Shown in pieces: positions 9,819 to 20,726 of a DNA stretch of 64,000 bases. The DNA comes from Candidatus Bathyarchaeia archaeon (GTDB lineage Archaea; Thermoproteota; Bathyarchaeia; Bathyarchaeales; DTEX01). The notes beneath the pieces were generated by a model. That model ran no database searches and was not told where the DNA came from. It worked only from the letters and a program-made list of their open reading frames with translations. The translations under genes and the position numbers were made by a program. Location of the stretch: the NCBI GenBank assembly GCA_038817885.1, contig JAWAZE010000004.1, positions 13,509 through 77,508 of the forward strand. The letters are read 5' to 3'. Position 1 is the first letter of the stretch, and every line of letters starts with the position of its first letter.

Positions 9819-11225
9819 TTACATCTCCTTTAGCCTTGGATTAAATATCTTATCTAGTGCAAAGCCAAGCGTTGCAAAGCTCAGTGAGGTTAACGCTAAG
9901 AGTATGGATGGTTGTAAAACCCAGTAATATAAGCCCTTATATAATGCCCCATAGGTATATGCGTCATCAATAATTTTCCCCCATGTAGGGGCTAGTGGGT
10001 CACCTAAGCCGAGTATTGCTAATGCCGCCTCTAAGAAGACGAAATCTGCAACAGAGATTACTATTGATGGAATTATTGTTGGGAGAACTTTCGGAATCAA
10101 ATAAAGCATTATAATTCTAAGATTACTGGCCCCATAAGCTCTGGCGGCTTCTATATATAGAAACTCTTTTATTTGCAAGAACATTGCCCTGTAATTTTTA
10201 ACACCACTGCCAAAAATCGTGAGCACTATAACAACTAATAAGAGTACCCATATATTGAACTTATAAAATGTGGATATCATTATTAGTAGTGGCAGGAATG
10301 GGAGGACCATAAAGATCTCTGTGACTCTTTGTAAAATAAAATCTGTTTTTCCTCCAAACCAAGCGCTAGTAGCCCCAATAAACATCTGTATTAATGCTAT
10401 TGTGACCGAGGCTGTCACGCCAAAGGAGAGCGCTATGGGTGTACCCCATAAGAGCGCTATCCTTAAATCCCTTCTTAAATGATCTGTACCTGCCAGCCCA
10501 TAAACTTTGCCATATACTACTAGCTTAGCATCTAAGTCTATATTAGTTTCGAAGACTATGCCTTCTATCCAGAGTTCATACTTTCCCTTCATAACTTTAG
10601 CTGTGTCAGGGCTTAGGATGCTAGCGTCCTCTTGTGCAAAGAGTAAAACGGTGACCGGTGCCTCATATTCTATAGCCTTGTTAATCTTCTTTGAAATGAG
10701 GTTACTGAGATCCTTAGCTAAGTCCGCATCATTTGATATGTAATATCTATCCTCTTTTGATATTAGAAGCGTCTTTAGAGTTATTTGCTCCCCACTAGGT
10801 TTAACCCAGTAGATCGTTAAATGCGGGGCCGACTCGTTAAATCTTGCCTTAAAGAATAGGTTTATTTCGCTTGGAAAATCATCATATTCATAGTTGAATG
10901 CAAATTTTATCTTGATTGCACTAAATCTTTCAGTCGGCGCGGGAACTATCGCCTTAGATACCCCACTCTTGACTCTTTCAGTAGTTAGTACTATTGTTTC
11001 TGGAAGCTTCTTTGATAAAAAGAAATTTACCCAAGATGGTAAGGCGTTTCGCGGGTAATCCAGCCAATATTGTTCGCCAGCTCTCCAAAGCCGGATAGCC
11101 TCTTCGTAAGGAATAGCTATAATAGTGTAAATGGAGATTCCAACCAAAAATAATATGATAATTAATCCGATGAACGCGGACTTATAAATTAATAGCTGGT
11201 TAAAGAACCGTTTAACTGATGACAA
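9819..11225 (-). CDS. oppC: Peptide ABC transporter permease with large extracellular insert
   Basis: GTDHLRRD; YIEAARAYGAS (EAA motif); PTWG. Confidence 0.9.
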   Translation of the reverse strand: MSSVKRFFNQLLIYKSAFIGLIIILFLVGISIYTIIAIPYEEAIRLWRAGEQYWLDYPRNALPSWVNFFLSKKLPETIVLTTERVKSGVSKAIVPAPTERFSAIKIKFAFNYEYDDFPSEINLFFKARFNESAPHLTIYWVKPSGEQITLKTLLISKEDRYYISNDADLAKDLSNLISKKINKAIEYEAPVTVLLFAQEDASILSPDTAKVMKGKYELWIEGIVFETNIDLDAKLVVYGKVYGLAGTDHLRRDLRIALLWGTPIALSFGVTASVTIALIQMFIGATSAWFGGKTDFILQRVTEIFMVLPFLPLLIMISTFYKFNIWVLLLVVIVLTIFGSGVKNYRAMFLQIKEFLYIEAARAYGASNLRIIMLYLIPKVLPTIIPSIVISVADFVFLEAALAILGLGDPLAPTWGKIIDDAYTYGALYKGLYYWVLQPSILLALTSLSFATLGFALDKIFNPRLKEM

Positions 11226-11228
11226 ATG

Positions 11229-12290
11229 CTACGTCCCTCCAGCTCTGATCCTTGGATCAAGAATCACATATATAAATTCGAGAGCAAATACCGTTATCGC
11301 GAGAAGGTAGGCATATATCACGACGAGTCCGACGAGAACTGGCGTATCAAATATTACAGAGGCTATGTAAAATAGGCTTCCTATTCCCGGCCAGCTAAAC
11401 ACTCTCTCGGTTATTATCGCCCCCATCCATGAGCCAATTAGCGTTAATGAAAAGTCGGTTATTATTGGCGGTAGTGTTGGCCTAAGTATATATCTTCTTT
11501 GTATCAGGGAGTCTGGTAAGCCCTTAGCCTTTGCAAATTCGACGTAATCCTCGCTTGAAAACATTAGGAAGAAGGTTCTCCTAACATAGACATTTATGAA
11601 TGAGTAAGCTATTAGCCATGATAAGACTGGTAGGGTCATATGCTTTAGGACGCTTAGGGCATATACCATTTTGTCTGCTGGCGGTGGAGCATCAACCATC
11701 CCTCCATACGGCAATAGTCTAAGGAATGATGCAAAGATCAGTATAAGAAATATTCCATAAAACCATCCTGGTAAAGATGAGAGAGGGGCAAGCATTACGG
11801 AGAGCTTTTCTAGAAAACTTCCATATCTCTTAGAGAGGAATAGTCCGAAAAATAGCCCTATAAAGAATAAGATCATTTGTGTCGTCGTGAATAGAAGAAC
11901 AGTGTTTGGCAGTCTTTCAAGGATTATTATGCGGACGTTCTTTGACCCGCTGTCGCTGCTTAGGAATAACGCTCTCCCAAGATTAAGTGTTATGGCATCT
12001 CTCAAATAAATAAAACTCCTATATATGAATGGTTTATCAAAACCTATTCTCTTCAGCTCATTATTGTAGATTTCATCTATTATTCTCGTTATCTGGGTCT
12101 CATTCAATCCCTTATACTCTGGGTTCTGCCGAACGCTCTGAGAGACTTCAAGGAGTATGCCACCTTTAACTATTTCATCAACATATCCACCCATATTTGC
12201 AATCCAGATTGTTATGTAAACTGCGATAACCACGACTATGAAGAGCACAATAGCGCGCTTTAATATGTGCTTAGCTACTTTTATAAACAT
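11229..12290 (-). CDS. oppB: Peptide ABC transporter permease
   Basis: EDYVEFAKAKGL, ITERVFSWPGIG, LDPRIR. Confidence 0.9.
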   Translation of the reverse strand: MFIKVAKHILKRAIVLFIVVVIAVYITIWIANMGGYVDEIVKGGILLEVSQSVRQNPEYKGLNETQITRIIDEIYNNELKRIGFDKPFIYRSFIYLRDAITLNLGRALFLSSDSGSKNVRIIILERLPNTVLLFTTTQMILFFIGLFFGLFLSKRYGSFLEKLSVMLAPLSSLPGWFYGIFLILIFASFLRLLPYGGMVDAPPPADKMVYALSVLKHMTLPVLSWLIAYSFINVYVRRTFFLMFSSEDYVEFAKAKGLPDSLIQRRYILRPTLPPIITDFSLTLIGSWMGAIITERVFSWPGIGSLFYIASVIFDTPVLVGLVVIYAYLLAITVFALEFIYVILDPRIRAGGT

Positions 12291-12350
12291 CTACTTTTCC
12301 TCGCAATCTAAAGAAAAAATAGGTGAAAAAGGCAAATAAAAAAGTAGTGG

Positions 12351-15070
12351 TTACTTTTTCCTTAGTATTGGGAGTATTATCGCTATTATAGAGAGTATTA
12401 TGGCTACTATGCTAATGTACATTATCATCGAGATAGTGCCCACCGCACCCCTCAGCTCATCAATCCTCGCACTAAGCTCATCAATTTTACTTCCTAGCTC
12501 GGCCTTTAAATCGGACAGCTTTACTTCATAGTCAGCTTTAGTCTTCGCTAACTCACTCATTAAATATTCTGTTTCGCTCATAACCATAGCTGTACCACTT
12601 GCAGATACTGGCATGCCAACAAGCTTAGACACAGCCATTACATCTATGCTAAGCGTTCCAGCGGCTAGCAGGGATGTCTCCTCCGACTTGAGCTTAATAA
12701 CCCATTTTCCATCAGATACAGCTTCAGCGGTCCCAGTTAAGGTTGCCGTTGGGCTGGTAACCATGTATTTGACATAGCTCATGTCCGCTACCCTATAAGG
12801 CTTACCTTCAAAGGTTATCGATATAGCGATCTCAGCTGGGAGGCCTGGCACAATCGTAGGTGCAGCGGCAATTTTAACTTCTGGTATCATTGGCTTAGAG
12901 AATTTAAGCCATTTATCAGCGGGATCAATGAATTCCCTATTCGCCTTTAGCACAACTATCCTAGCAGTCGGGTCAACTCTATCTAAGTAGAATGGACCAT
13001 TGCCGATGAGGAAGTGACCCTTCGCACCATACCACTTCTTCAGATTATTATACCTTTCTAAGGCTTCCGCCTCACTAACATACTTGCCGAGCACATTCTT
13101 ATAGGGTATAAATTTCTCCCTAATAGCCTTCTCCAAGTATTCGGCCAGTATTGGTATTGAGGGGCCTGCAACATAGCTCATCCATTCAACTTTAAGGCTC
13201 TCGGCCTTATCAGCCGTGAAGGCCAGCTTTTTATCTGCTTCAGCGAGCCAACCGATGGCAATCATATGCCATGGAGCGGGACACTGTAGAGTTTGATCCT
13301 CTGGATAGAACCTTGTCGCGGCCTCCGCAACTATCCACTCGGCATCCAGATATAACATATCTGAGTAGTATTCTATGACTAATGGGTTCGTGCTCACTAT
13401 CTTAAAGCCCTTAAAGTATTCTCTGAAGGTCTCAAACGCGGGAACAACTGATTCATCATACACTGGGCTTTCGGGCTTAGCTCTATCAAAAGTCATTATG
13501 TAGTCAAGTACTATATCCGCTAGTGAGAGCTTACTTCCATCATGGAACTTCGTGTTAAATAGGTTCTCGTCATAATAGACTATCGTCTTCGTTTTTGCCT
13601 TTGTTCCAGGAGGAGCGTACATTATTTCCTGCTTCACCGGATCCCAGTCATACCATGCGTCTGTTGGCACCGTTACTTCATCGACGAATTTCAGGGACAC
13701 CCAGTCTAAGGTTACCCCTATAGGCAACTCTTTCTCAGCATAGACCTCTGCCTTCTTAACTCTCTGAGGCCAGTAGAGCCCAGTGAATGGGTCTGATATA
13801 ACAGCTGGGTCTGATAGCGCCCGATAGAACATGGCATCATATACCCAGTCGCTTCCTCCAACTGGATTTATTGGATCCACAAGCAGGTCTGTAGACATTA
13901 TTTTGACCGTGCCGCCAACCTTATCAACATATCTGAGGGTGTATGGCCATAATCTTGCGCCAGAGAAGCCCGCTGCCAGATCATATGTTAGCGATACCTC
14001 TTTTCTAGCGGGCCAGGGAGCTATCTGATTAACCAGCCATACTCTTACTGAATCCTTCATTGAAAGCGTTAAGGCTTTCTTCATGAGGTCATTTCTTTCT
14101 TCAATTGTTCTAAAATCTCTAGCCCACAGCTTACCAGCCACGTAATCGAATTCTGGTGCTGGCTTATAAGCGCTCCATAATGGCCCTAAACCGGCTCTCG
14201 GCGTATAATAGAAGCCAAAGGTATCTGCATCATCCCTGGAAACCACGGTTACAATCCATCCGCCGGTGTAAATGTGCCATTTCCCATCAGCCGGGTTACC
14301 TCTTATCCATATTGGCGCTGCCTCTCTGCTAGTTTTATACTGTCTATCAACTGTGAAGCCCAGCTTCTCAAGCTGTGAGGCCACATAATCGCCTATTGCT
14401 CTTCTCTGGTCCTCAATCCTGATAATAAATATTATCGTGACTGGTTCACCCTTATAGTACCATTTCCCATCTCTTAGCTCGGCGCCGAGCTTACTCATCT
14501 CCTCAGTAATGATTTCCTTAGCCTTTTCAAAATTATAGCTATACTCCTTTTCAATCTCCCTAACTACATCTGCATATCTTGCGTAATCTGGGAAGGCTGG
14601 TGTTAAAACCGTGTATTTAGGTACAGCCATCCCAGCCATTATCTCGTCGCAGATATATTTTCTGTCAACCAAGTAATTTATTGCTTCCCTTATCCGTGGG
14701 ACTGAGATGGATTCAACTTGCCAGTTGCAGGAAACTCTGGCCCCACGGGGTTAAATGTTAATTCAAAATATAGCCCAAAAGACGTAACATACCAGAGGTC
14801 TGGCGAAGCCTTTACTCTCTTAAATAGCTCTGGGTCACTTATATCCCTAAAGTACACTTGTATCTCATTTTTAAGCAGCATGTCTACGGTCTTCGCTTCA
14901 TCCGTTTCAACAGATAATATGACTTCGTCAACCCATGGACCCTTAGGCACCTGAGCATAGGAGACTGGAATGTCCAAGAGAAGAATGCATAAGAATAATG
15001 AAGTCAATAGAATTGCCGCCAAAATTCTCATTTTACTTTTCAAATCGACCACACTCAAATATTTTTTCAT
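12351..15070 (-). CDS. oppA: Peptide ABC transporter substrate-binding protein (family 5), split by a 1-nt frameshift near 14707
   Basis: Signal peptide ORF 14690-15070 joins ORF 12351-14672 as GKLNP(F)SVPRIREAINYLVDR if one T is restored; C-terminal coiled coil plus TM anchor. Confidence 0.85.
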
Positions 15071-15113
15071 AAGAAGAGGGCTTTATAAAGATTTTTAAAA
15101 TTCCTACATGGGA

Positions 15114-16202
15114 TTAAAAATTCAGCTTAATATCAATTTTCTCAGTTTCAAGCACGCTCCTTATGAAATTAAATATTTTTATTCTTGTTTCTCTTGCTAG
15201 GTTTGGATACCATATTGGCGATGCTATCACTAGGCCCCTCCATGCATAGAATGGTTGTATTACTGTTAAGATCTCTTCATCCCCCGTTTTACTTAAGTAA
15301 TTCTCCCAAAAAAGCTCGAACAATTTCTTGAATGGATCTTTTATCTCGCCATATGCTTGGAGTGAGAAGAATAGATAATTTATTGTTAAAGCCGCTAAGT
15401 CGTCCGCCGGCTCACCCCACTCGCCTCGGCTTCTATCTAGGACTGTGAAGTCCGTTCCCTCCCTGAATAAAATGTTCCATGGGTGAAAGTCTCCATGAAC
15501 TCTCGCGCACCTATAAGCCTTCTTCTTCAGCCTCCAGCGCCACTCAACGCATTTATGTTCGATCTCCATTAGCGTTCTTTCATCAGCGTAATCCAGCCCG
15601 GGGGGATAGCTGTCTATTAAGCCCATTATATATTCGCCATGGCCAATAAGATCCCTAACACGCCTGATGTAAAGTGGTTCTAGGCCGACGCCCTTAACCG
15701 AGTGGATCTCAACGAGGTAGTCAGAAAGCGCTAGGCAGCGCTTAACGTCTAGGCTAGCTAGCTCACCGCGGCTCTTTATATTCTCTAGATCCAAGTAATA
15801 TGGGCTGCCCTCAACATATTCTGTTAATATAAAAAATTCCCTGTAGTCTCCAAGAGACTTTAGTTCTCCGCTGGTTGTGAATGCCCCGACGTCGATCGAC
15901 TTAACATGCTTTGGGAGATTATTGAAGGCTGAGTGCTGCCAGAGGAGTATCTGAGCCCTATCGGAGGGGTGTTCATGCCCGAAGCCGCCCGGCCTAATGG
16001 TCTCGAGAACAACCCTCTTGACTTCACCATTAACCGAAACTTCGATCAGGTATGGGACGCCGTAACCGAAGCCCTTAAGGTCAACACCCCTCTTCTCCTT
16101 CCCAGAGGTCAACTCAACGATCTTAAGAACATTTGCGTTGGGGCCGTAAACCTCGCAAAAATACCGCCTCAAACTGTCTAGGCCCGAAAGAGATATTTCC
16201 AT
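15114..16202 (-). CDS. Aminoglycoside phosphotransferase/choline kinase family protein
   Basis: VHGDFHPWNIL catalytic loop, VLDRSRG, GEPADD; likely start at ATG 16202. Confidence 0.85.
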   Translation of the reverse strand: MEISLSGLDSLRRYFCEVYGPNANVLKIVELTSGKEKRGVDLKGFGYGVPYLIEVSVNGEVKRVVLETIRPGGFGHEHPSDRAQILLWQHSAFNNLPKHVKSIDVGAFTTSGELKSLGDYREFFILTEYVEGSPYYLDLENIKSRGELASLDVKRCLALSDYLVEIHSVKGVGLEPLYIRRVRDLIGHGEYIMGLIDSYPPGLDYADERTLMEIEHKCVEWRWRLKKKAYRCARVHGDFHPWNILFREGTDFTVLDRSRGEWGEPADDLAALTINYLFFSLQAYGEIKDPFKKLFELFWENYLSKTGDEEILTVIQPFYAWRGLVIASPIWYPNLARETRIKIFNFIRSVLETEKIDIKLNF

Positions 16203-16314
16203 AAGGATCCTCCATAAACAATAGTTGAACGATAAAAATCTTAAGCTTTTTATTTCTCCCGCCCCTACTTTAAAAATAGCCTTTGATATTAAAAGCCTAT
16301 TATTCATTTAGGAG

Positions 16315-17679
16315 TTGGAATGCTCTATGGAGATCGCGGTGCTCGGTGGAACTGTCGTCACTATGGGGGATAAGGGGATTATACGCGATGGGGCGGTCGT
16401 TATTGAGGGGGGCTTTATAATCGATGTTGGAAGGGGCGACGAGATTAAGCGTAAATACCCTAGGTACGAGAGGATTGAGACTGAGGGGAAGGTTATTATG
16501 CCAGGTCTGATCAACGCACACCAGCATATGGCCATGAGCCTATTAAGGGGCTACGCGGACGATTACCCACTTAAGGAGTGGCTTGAGATGTGGGTCTGGC
16601 CGGTTGAGAGGCATATGACTGGATACGATATTTATGTGGGCGCGCTCCTAACAGCCATAGAATCAATTATGGGTGGGACGACGACAGTTAACACAATGTA
16701 TCATTACATGGAGGATCATAATGAGGCTAGAGCGATCTCAGAGACCGGGCTGCGCGGAGTTATTGGGCATGTATGCTTCTCTTGGCGCAGTGAGGAAGAT
16801 ATTAAAGCTCTAAGGGATCTGGCAAGAAAGTGGCATGGGACGGACAATGGGAGAATACGCGTCAGCGTTGACCCACACGCACCGTACACCGTCAACCCAA
16901 AGTATATGGGGGAGCTCAGAGACCTAACAGAGGAACTAAATGAAAGATATGCTCCGGGAAATGGCCCAATAATATGGCACACTCACGTGTCGGAGACGGA
17001 GGATGAGAGACAGAAGATTAAGGATTCATTCAATATCCAAGTTGAGACTGGCATAGTGGAATATATGGATTCTCTTGGCGTTTTAGGTCCAGATGTGATA
17101 GCGGCGCATTGCGTCCATCTAACAAAAAGAGACATCGAAATCCTGAGGTTAAGGGGCGTTAAGGTTGCGTATAACCCAGTCTCAAACCTCAAGCTTGCCT
17201 CCGGCATAAGTCCCGTCCCAGATATGCTCAGAGCTGGCATAACAGTCGCCCTCGGCACAGACAGCCCATGCTCAAACAATTCAGCGGATATGTTTGAGGT
17301 CATGAAGACGGCCGCCCTCCTACATAAGGGGGTTAACAGAGACCCAACAGTGATTCCAGCCGAAACCGCCCTCAGAATGGCCACGATAAACGGCGCAAGG
17401 GCCCTCCTCTGGGATGATCAGATAGGATCAATTGAAATCGGAAAGAAGGCTGATATAATTATAGTTGATTTCCGGAGGCCTCACCTAAAGCCGGTATACA
17501 GCGAGATAAGCCACCTCGTTTACGCCGCTAAGGCCTTTGATGTTGAGACGGTCATAATTGATGGGCGAATAGTTATGGAGAATAGAGAGATAAAAACTGT
17601 TGATGTCGAATGGGTTCTAGATGAAGTTGAGAAGACACGTGAAAGGCTGCTTGAGCGCGCCCATGGAGGAGGAAAATGA
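16315..17679 (+). CDS. mtaD: Amidohydrolase, MTA/SAH deaminase family
   Basis: PGLINAHQH, PHAPYT, HTHVSET, AAHCVHL, LGTD, GKKADII. Confidence 0.8.
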   Translation: MECSMEIAVLGGTVVTMGDKGIIRDGAVVIEGGFIIDVGRGDEIKRKYPRYERIETEGKVIMPGLINAHQHMAMSLLRGYADDYPLKEWLEMWVWPVERHMTGYDIYVGALLTAIESIMGGTTTVNTMYHYMEDHNEARAISETGLRGVIGHVCFSWRSEEDIKALRDLARKWHGTDNGRIRVSVDPHAPYTVNPKYMGELRDLTEELNERYAPGNGPIIWHTHVSETEDERQKIKDSFNIQVETGIVEYMDSLGVLGPDVIAAHCVHLTKRDIEILRLRGVKVAYNPVSNLKLASGISPVPDMLRAGITVALGTDSPCSNNSADMFEVMKTAALLHKGVNRDPTVIPAETALRMATINGARALLWDDQIGSIEIGKKADIIIVDFRRPHLKPVYSEISHLVYAAKAFDVETVIIDGRIVMENREIKTVDVEWVLDEVEKTRERLLERAHGGGK

Positions 17680-17782
17680 GAAAGTGGCTTGATCCAAGGC
17701 TAATTAACCTACAGATTCTTTATATTCCCTAATCGTTATTGTGGAACGGCTAATATACTATTTCCCCAAGATTCTCAGAGCT

Positions 17783-18949
17783 TCATCTATTAAGGAGATA
17801 TTGAAAGCTGCCATAGGCGCTTTTTATAGTTAACTTATTTCCTTCACGGCTCTCTTCACATCTCCCGATAACTTTCGCCTCCAAACGATATTTTTCTGAA
17901 AGATCAATTATGTCGTCAGCAACCTCCGGGCTTGCGATTACTTCAAAGCCGACGCCCATATTATAATTCTCGTACATCGCCTCCCAGCTCTCGCCAGACT
18001 CACGCTGTATAAGTTTAAAGATTGGGTCAGGATTAAACAAGTTATCTTTAATGTAGTGAATGTTCCAGCCTATACGCAGGCACTTTGTTAATCCGCCGCC
18101 AGTATTGTGGACCAGCCCAGTAATGTGCGTTCTGAAGCGCTCCAACACCTTTAGGATTATGGGTGCATAGAATCTTGTTGGCGATAGGATTGCCTCGCCA
18201 ATGGTCATGCCAAGCTCATCAACGTAACTGTCAAACTTAAACCTGCCATAATATGATCTCTTCCCGCCATACGCCTCAATTATCTCCGGATAATTTTCCT
18301 GGTAGCTCTTATCCATTAAGCATAGGCGTGCCAAAGTTATTCCGTTGCACATTATTCCGCTGTTATCACGCCCCTCATATATTGTTCTCCCCCCGCTCCT
18401 AAAGCCTATAATCACGTTTCCGGGTTTAATCTCGCCGCCAGTTATGGCCTTGGAGATCTCTACGCGCCCATTCATGGCCACCACGATATCCAGTGTTCTA
18501 AGCTGGTCTGGCAAATCAGCCGTCTCGCCACCTGAGAATGAGAGTTTTACCCCTAGACTCCTAAGTAAAGATAAACATTCTTTAAAGCCCTCGCTTAAAG
18601 CCCTGAGCACGCCAATCTTATCAACCTTAAGGGGGTTCACAGCTATATAGTCGACGAAGTTTATTGGCACAGCACCGACACAAATAATGTCATCTAAATT
18701 CATTGCTAGGGCATCCTGAGCTAGACCCTTAAACCACCCAACGTCCCCGGTCTCCCTCCAATGAAGGTAGGCTTGAATCGGCTTACTACCAGCGCCATCA
18801 ACATGAGTCACGATACCGAAGCCATTTAATCCGGGATCACTGCTAACAACACAGAAAGCATCTGGAAAAAGGTTATCTAAAAGATCCATGAAAGCCTCTA
18901 TACCCCTCTTCCTAACATCAACGCCAACCTCAGCATACCTAGAAACCAA
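17783..18949 (-). CDS. purM: Phosphoribosylformylglycinamidine cyclo-ligase (AIR synthase)
   Basis: YAEVGVD, DGAGSK, AMNLDD, GGETA, HNTGGG, NMGVG. Confidence 0.88.
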   Translation of the reverse strand: MVSRYAEVGVDVRKRGIEAFMDLLDNLFPDAFCVVSSDPGLNGFGIVTHVDGAGSKPIQAYLHWRETGDVGWFKGLAQDALAMNLDDIICVGAVPINFVDYIAVNPLKVDKIGVLRALSEGFKECLSLLRSLGVKLSFSGGETADLPDQLRTLDIVVAMNGRVEISKAITGGEIKPGNVIIGFRSGGRTIYEGRDNSGIMCNGITLARLCLMDKSYQENYPEIIEAYGGKRSYYGRFKFDSYVDELGMTIGEAILSPTRFYAPIILKVLERFRTHITGLVHNTGGGLTKCLRIGWNIHYIKDNLFNPDPIFKLIQRESGESWEAMYENYNMGVGFEVIASPEVADDIIDLSEKYRLEAKVIGRCEESREGNKLTIKSAYGSFQYLLNR

Positions 18950-19103
18950 AAATTACTCACCACCCTAAAACATTGTATAAAACAACCATATTAATTGATA
19001 TTTTAAAGGCAATGAAAATTTATCTCAACCCAGAGATAAATTTTTAAGCCAGCGCCATCCCATTTATTCTTGAAAATAAGCCTTAAAAATATGCATATAG
19101 AGA

Positions 19104-19181
19104 AGCGGGGTGGGGTAGCCAGGGTAACCCGCTGGGCTCATAACCCAGAGATCGGACGTTCAAATCGTCCCCCCGCTACCA
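19104..19181 (+). tRNA. tRNA-Met initiator (CAT)
   Basis: AGCGGGG acceptor with A1-U72 pair, consecutive G-C pairs in anticodon stem (CTGGG/CCCAG), TTCAAAT T-loop, encoded CCA. Confidence 0.95.
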
Positions 19182-19189
19182 TATAAATC

Positions 19190-19700
19190 TTTTCGTACGT
19201 CCGCCCGCGGATGAGAGGACGTATAACTCCCCATATTAAGTCTTTTTCAGACTTCTCTTTCCCTTCGAGTTGCTTAAGTTTCTCGCGCATTTTCTCCAGC
19301 CTCTCTGCAACCCGCCTCTTCTTAGGCTATTGCTTTGCCTTTTCTATTATCGCCTTGATGTTCTCTTCCAATGCTATGTGCCATGCCTGTTTTTTAATGT
19401 TCTCGAGGCTGAATAATTCAAAGAGCCGCTTTTCAGTCTCTTTTATGTCTAAGCTTTCCCTCTTGAATGGCAAGTCCACGTTCGCCAAAATACTATTGAG
19501 GGTTGTTGTAAATATGGTATCAGCCAGTCTCCTATATGCTCGTAGAGCTTCTCGTTCACGGCCTCGCCTATTTTTATCGCCTCCCTCAACATTTCTTCCG
19601 CGCTCTTTTTGCCTCCCCTCTCCTCACCCCCAACCTCCTTGAACGCGGAGAAGACGGAATCCAAAAAGGAGTAGATCAACATTTGTTTGATGCAATCCAT
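19190..19700 (-). pseudogene. Fragmented hypothetical coiled-coil protein of the element
   Basis: Helical, Lys/Glu-rich reading continues across a frameshift and a stop (…EKRLFELFSLENIKKQAWHIALEENIKAIIEKAKQ*…). Confidence 0.35.
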
Positions 19701-19719
19701 GTTAAAGTCAATAAAATTG

Positions 19720-20726
19720 ATGAAAGCGGCCGTTCTCTTTGAAAATTCGTTGCGCGCAACGATGTTTTCGCCATTCAGCAAGCTAAGGGAGGAGGCCATG
19801 TTAAGGTTGAGGCTCCCCTAACACTGGAGGCTGTTAGGAAGCATTTGGAGGGGAGGCGGACGATAGGCGTCTACCAGTTAAGCGTGGACAGCCGCGTTAA
19901 ATGGCTTTGCTTCGACTCGGATCCGGAGAAGCTGAGCAAGCCGGAGGAGACTGCCAGGCGGATCCTAGGGGTTTGCCTCGAGGCGGTTAAGGGTAAGGAT
20001 GGAACTGAGAGGCCAAGGGTCTGGAGCCATAGCCTGTTGCTTGAGACAAGCCGCTACCCCGATCCAAGCTATCACGTCTGGATACTTTTCCTTACTCCAG
20101 TCCCTGCGAGGGTGGCGCGTTGGCTCGGTTTTAGGCTGCTTGGGCTGGCCGGCTTAAGCCCCCAGCATGTTGAGGTCTTCCCGAAGCAGGATGCGGTCAG
20201 CGATATATTACCTTATGGTAATTTGGTTAAGCTGCCTCTCGGCTTGCATCAGGTTGAACGGAAGTGGAGCCGCTTCCTTGACTTCAGAACATTCGAACCT
20301 CTCCTAAGCGATGTTCTCCTCGAAAAGATTGGCCTCAGCTTCATGGAAGCCGACATTGAGCGGATCGCAAGCATGAAGGATGTGTGTGTCCAGGTTAGGT
20401 TTGAGGGTGGTTCTCAGCCAGCCTCCCTTGCTGAAGAGCCGCTTACACAGAGCGAGAGGGAGTTCTGTGTGAGCTTCCTCTACAAATTATGGGTTCCGGG
20501 TTATAGGAATCAAGTTGAGATGGCTTTTCTCGGATGGTGCATTAAGAACGGGGTTCCCTATGAGGATGCAAGGTGGATCATTGAGGAGATTGTTAGGCGG
20601 AGGAACGATGAGGAGACTTCTGAGCGCCTTCGCCTTGTCGATTACCACAACCGCGTCCACTTGGGTAGGAGGTTAAAAGGGTTATCCGGCCTAAAGGAGG
20701 CGGTTTTGGAGGCCTTGATGAGATGA
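19720..20726 (+). CDS. Archaeo-eukaryotic primase-polymerase (plasmid/element Rep type), 1-nt frameshift near 19743
   Basis: MKAAVLFE/KFVARNDVFAIQ...PLT...HLEGRRTIGVY...WLCFDSD...YHVWI...EVFPKQ...GNLVKLPLG; helical C-terminal domain. Confidence 0.8.

Noticed and set aside
19104..19181. tRNA-iMet as the integration site of the island
   Set aside because: No second copy of its 3' end was found in the window; the duplicated sequence belongs to tRNA-Asn
19211..19642. 143-aa plus-strand ORF
   Set aside because: Ser/Phe-rich antisense shadow of the minus-strand coiled-coil remnant
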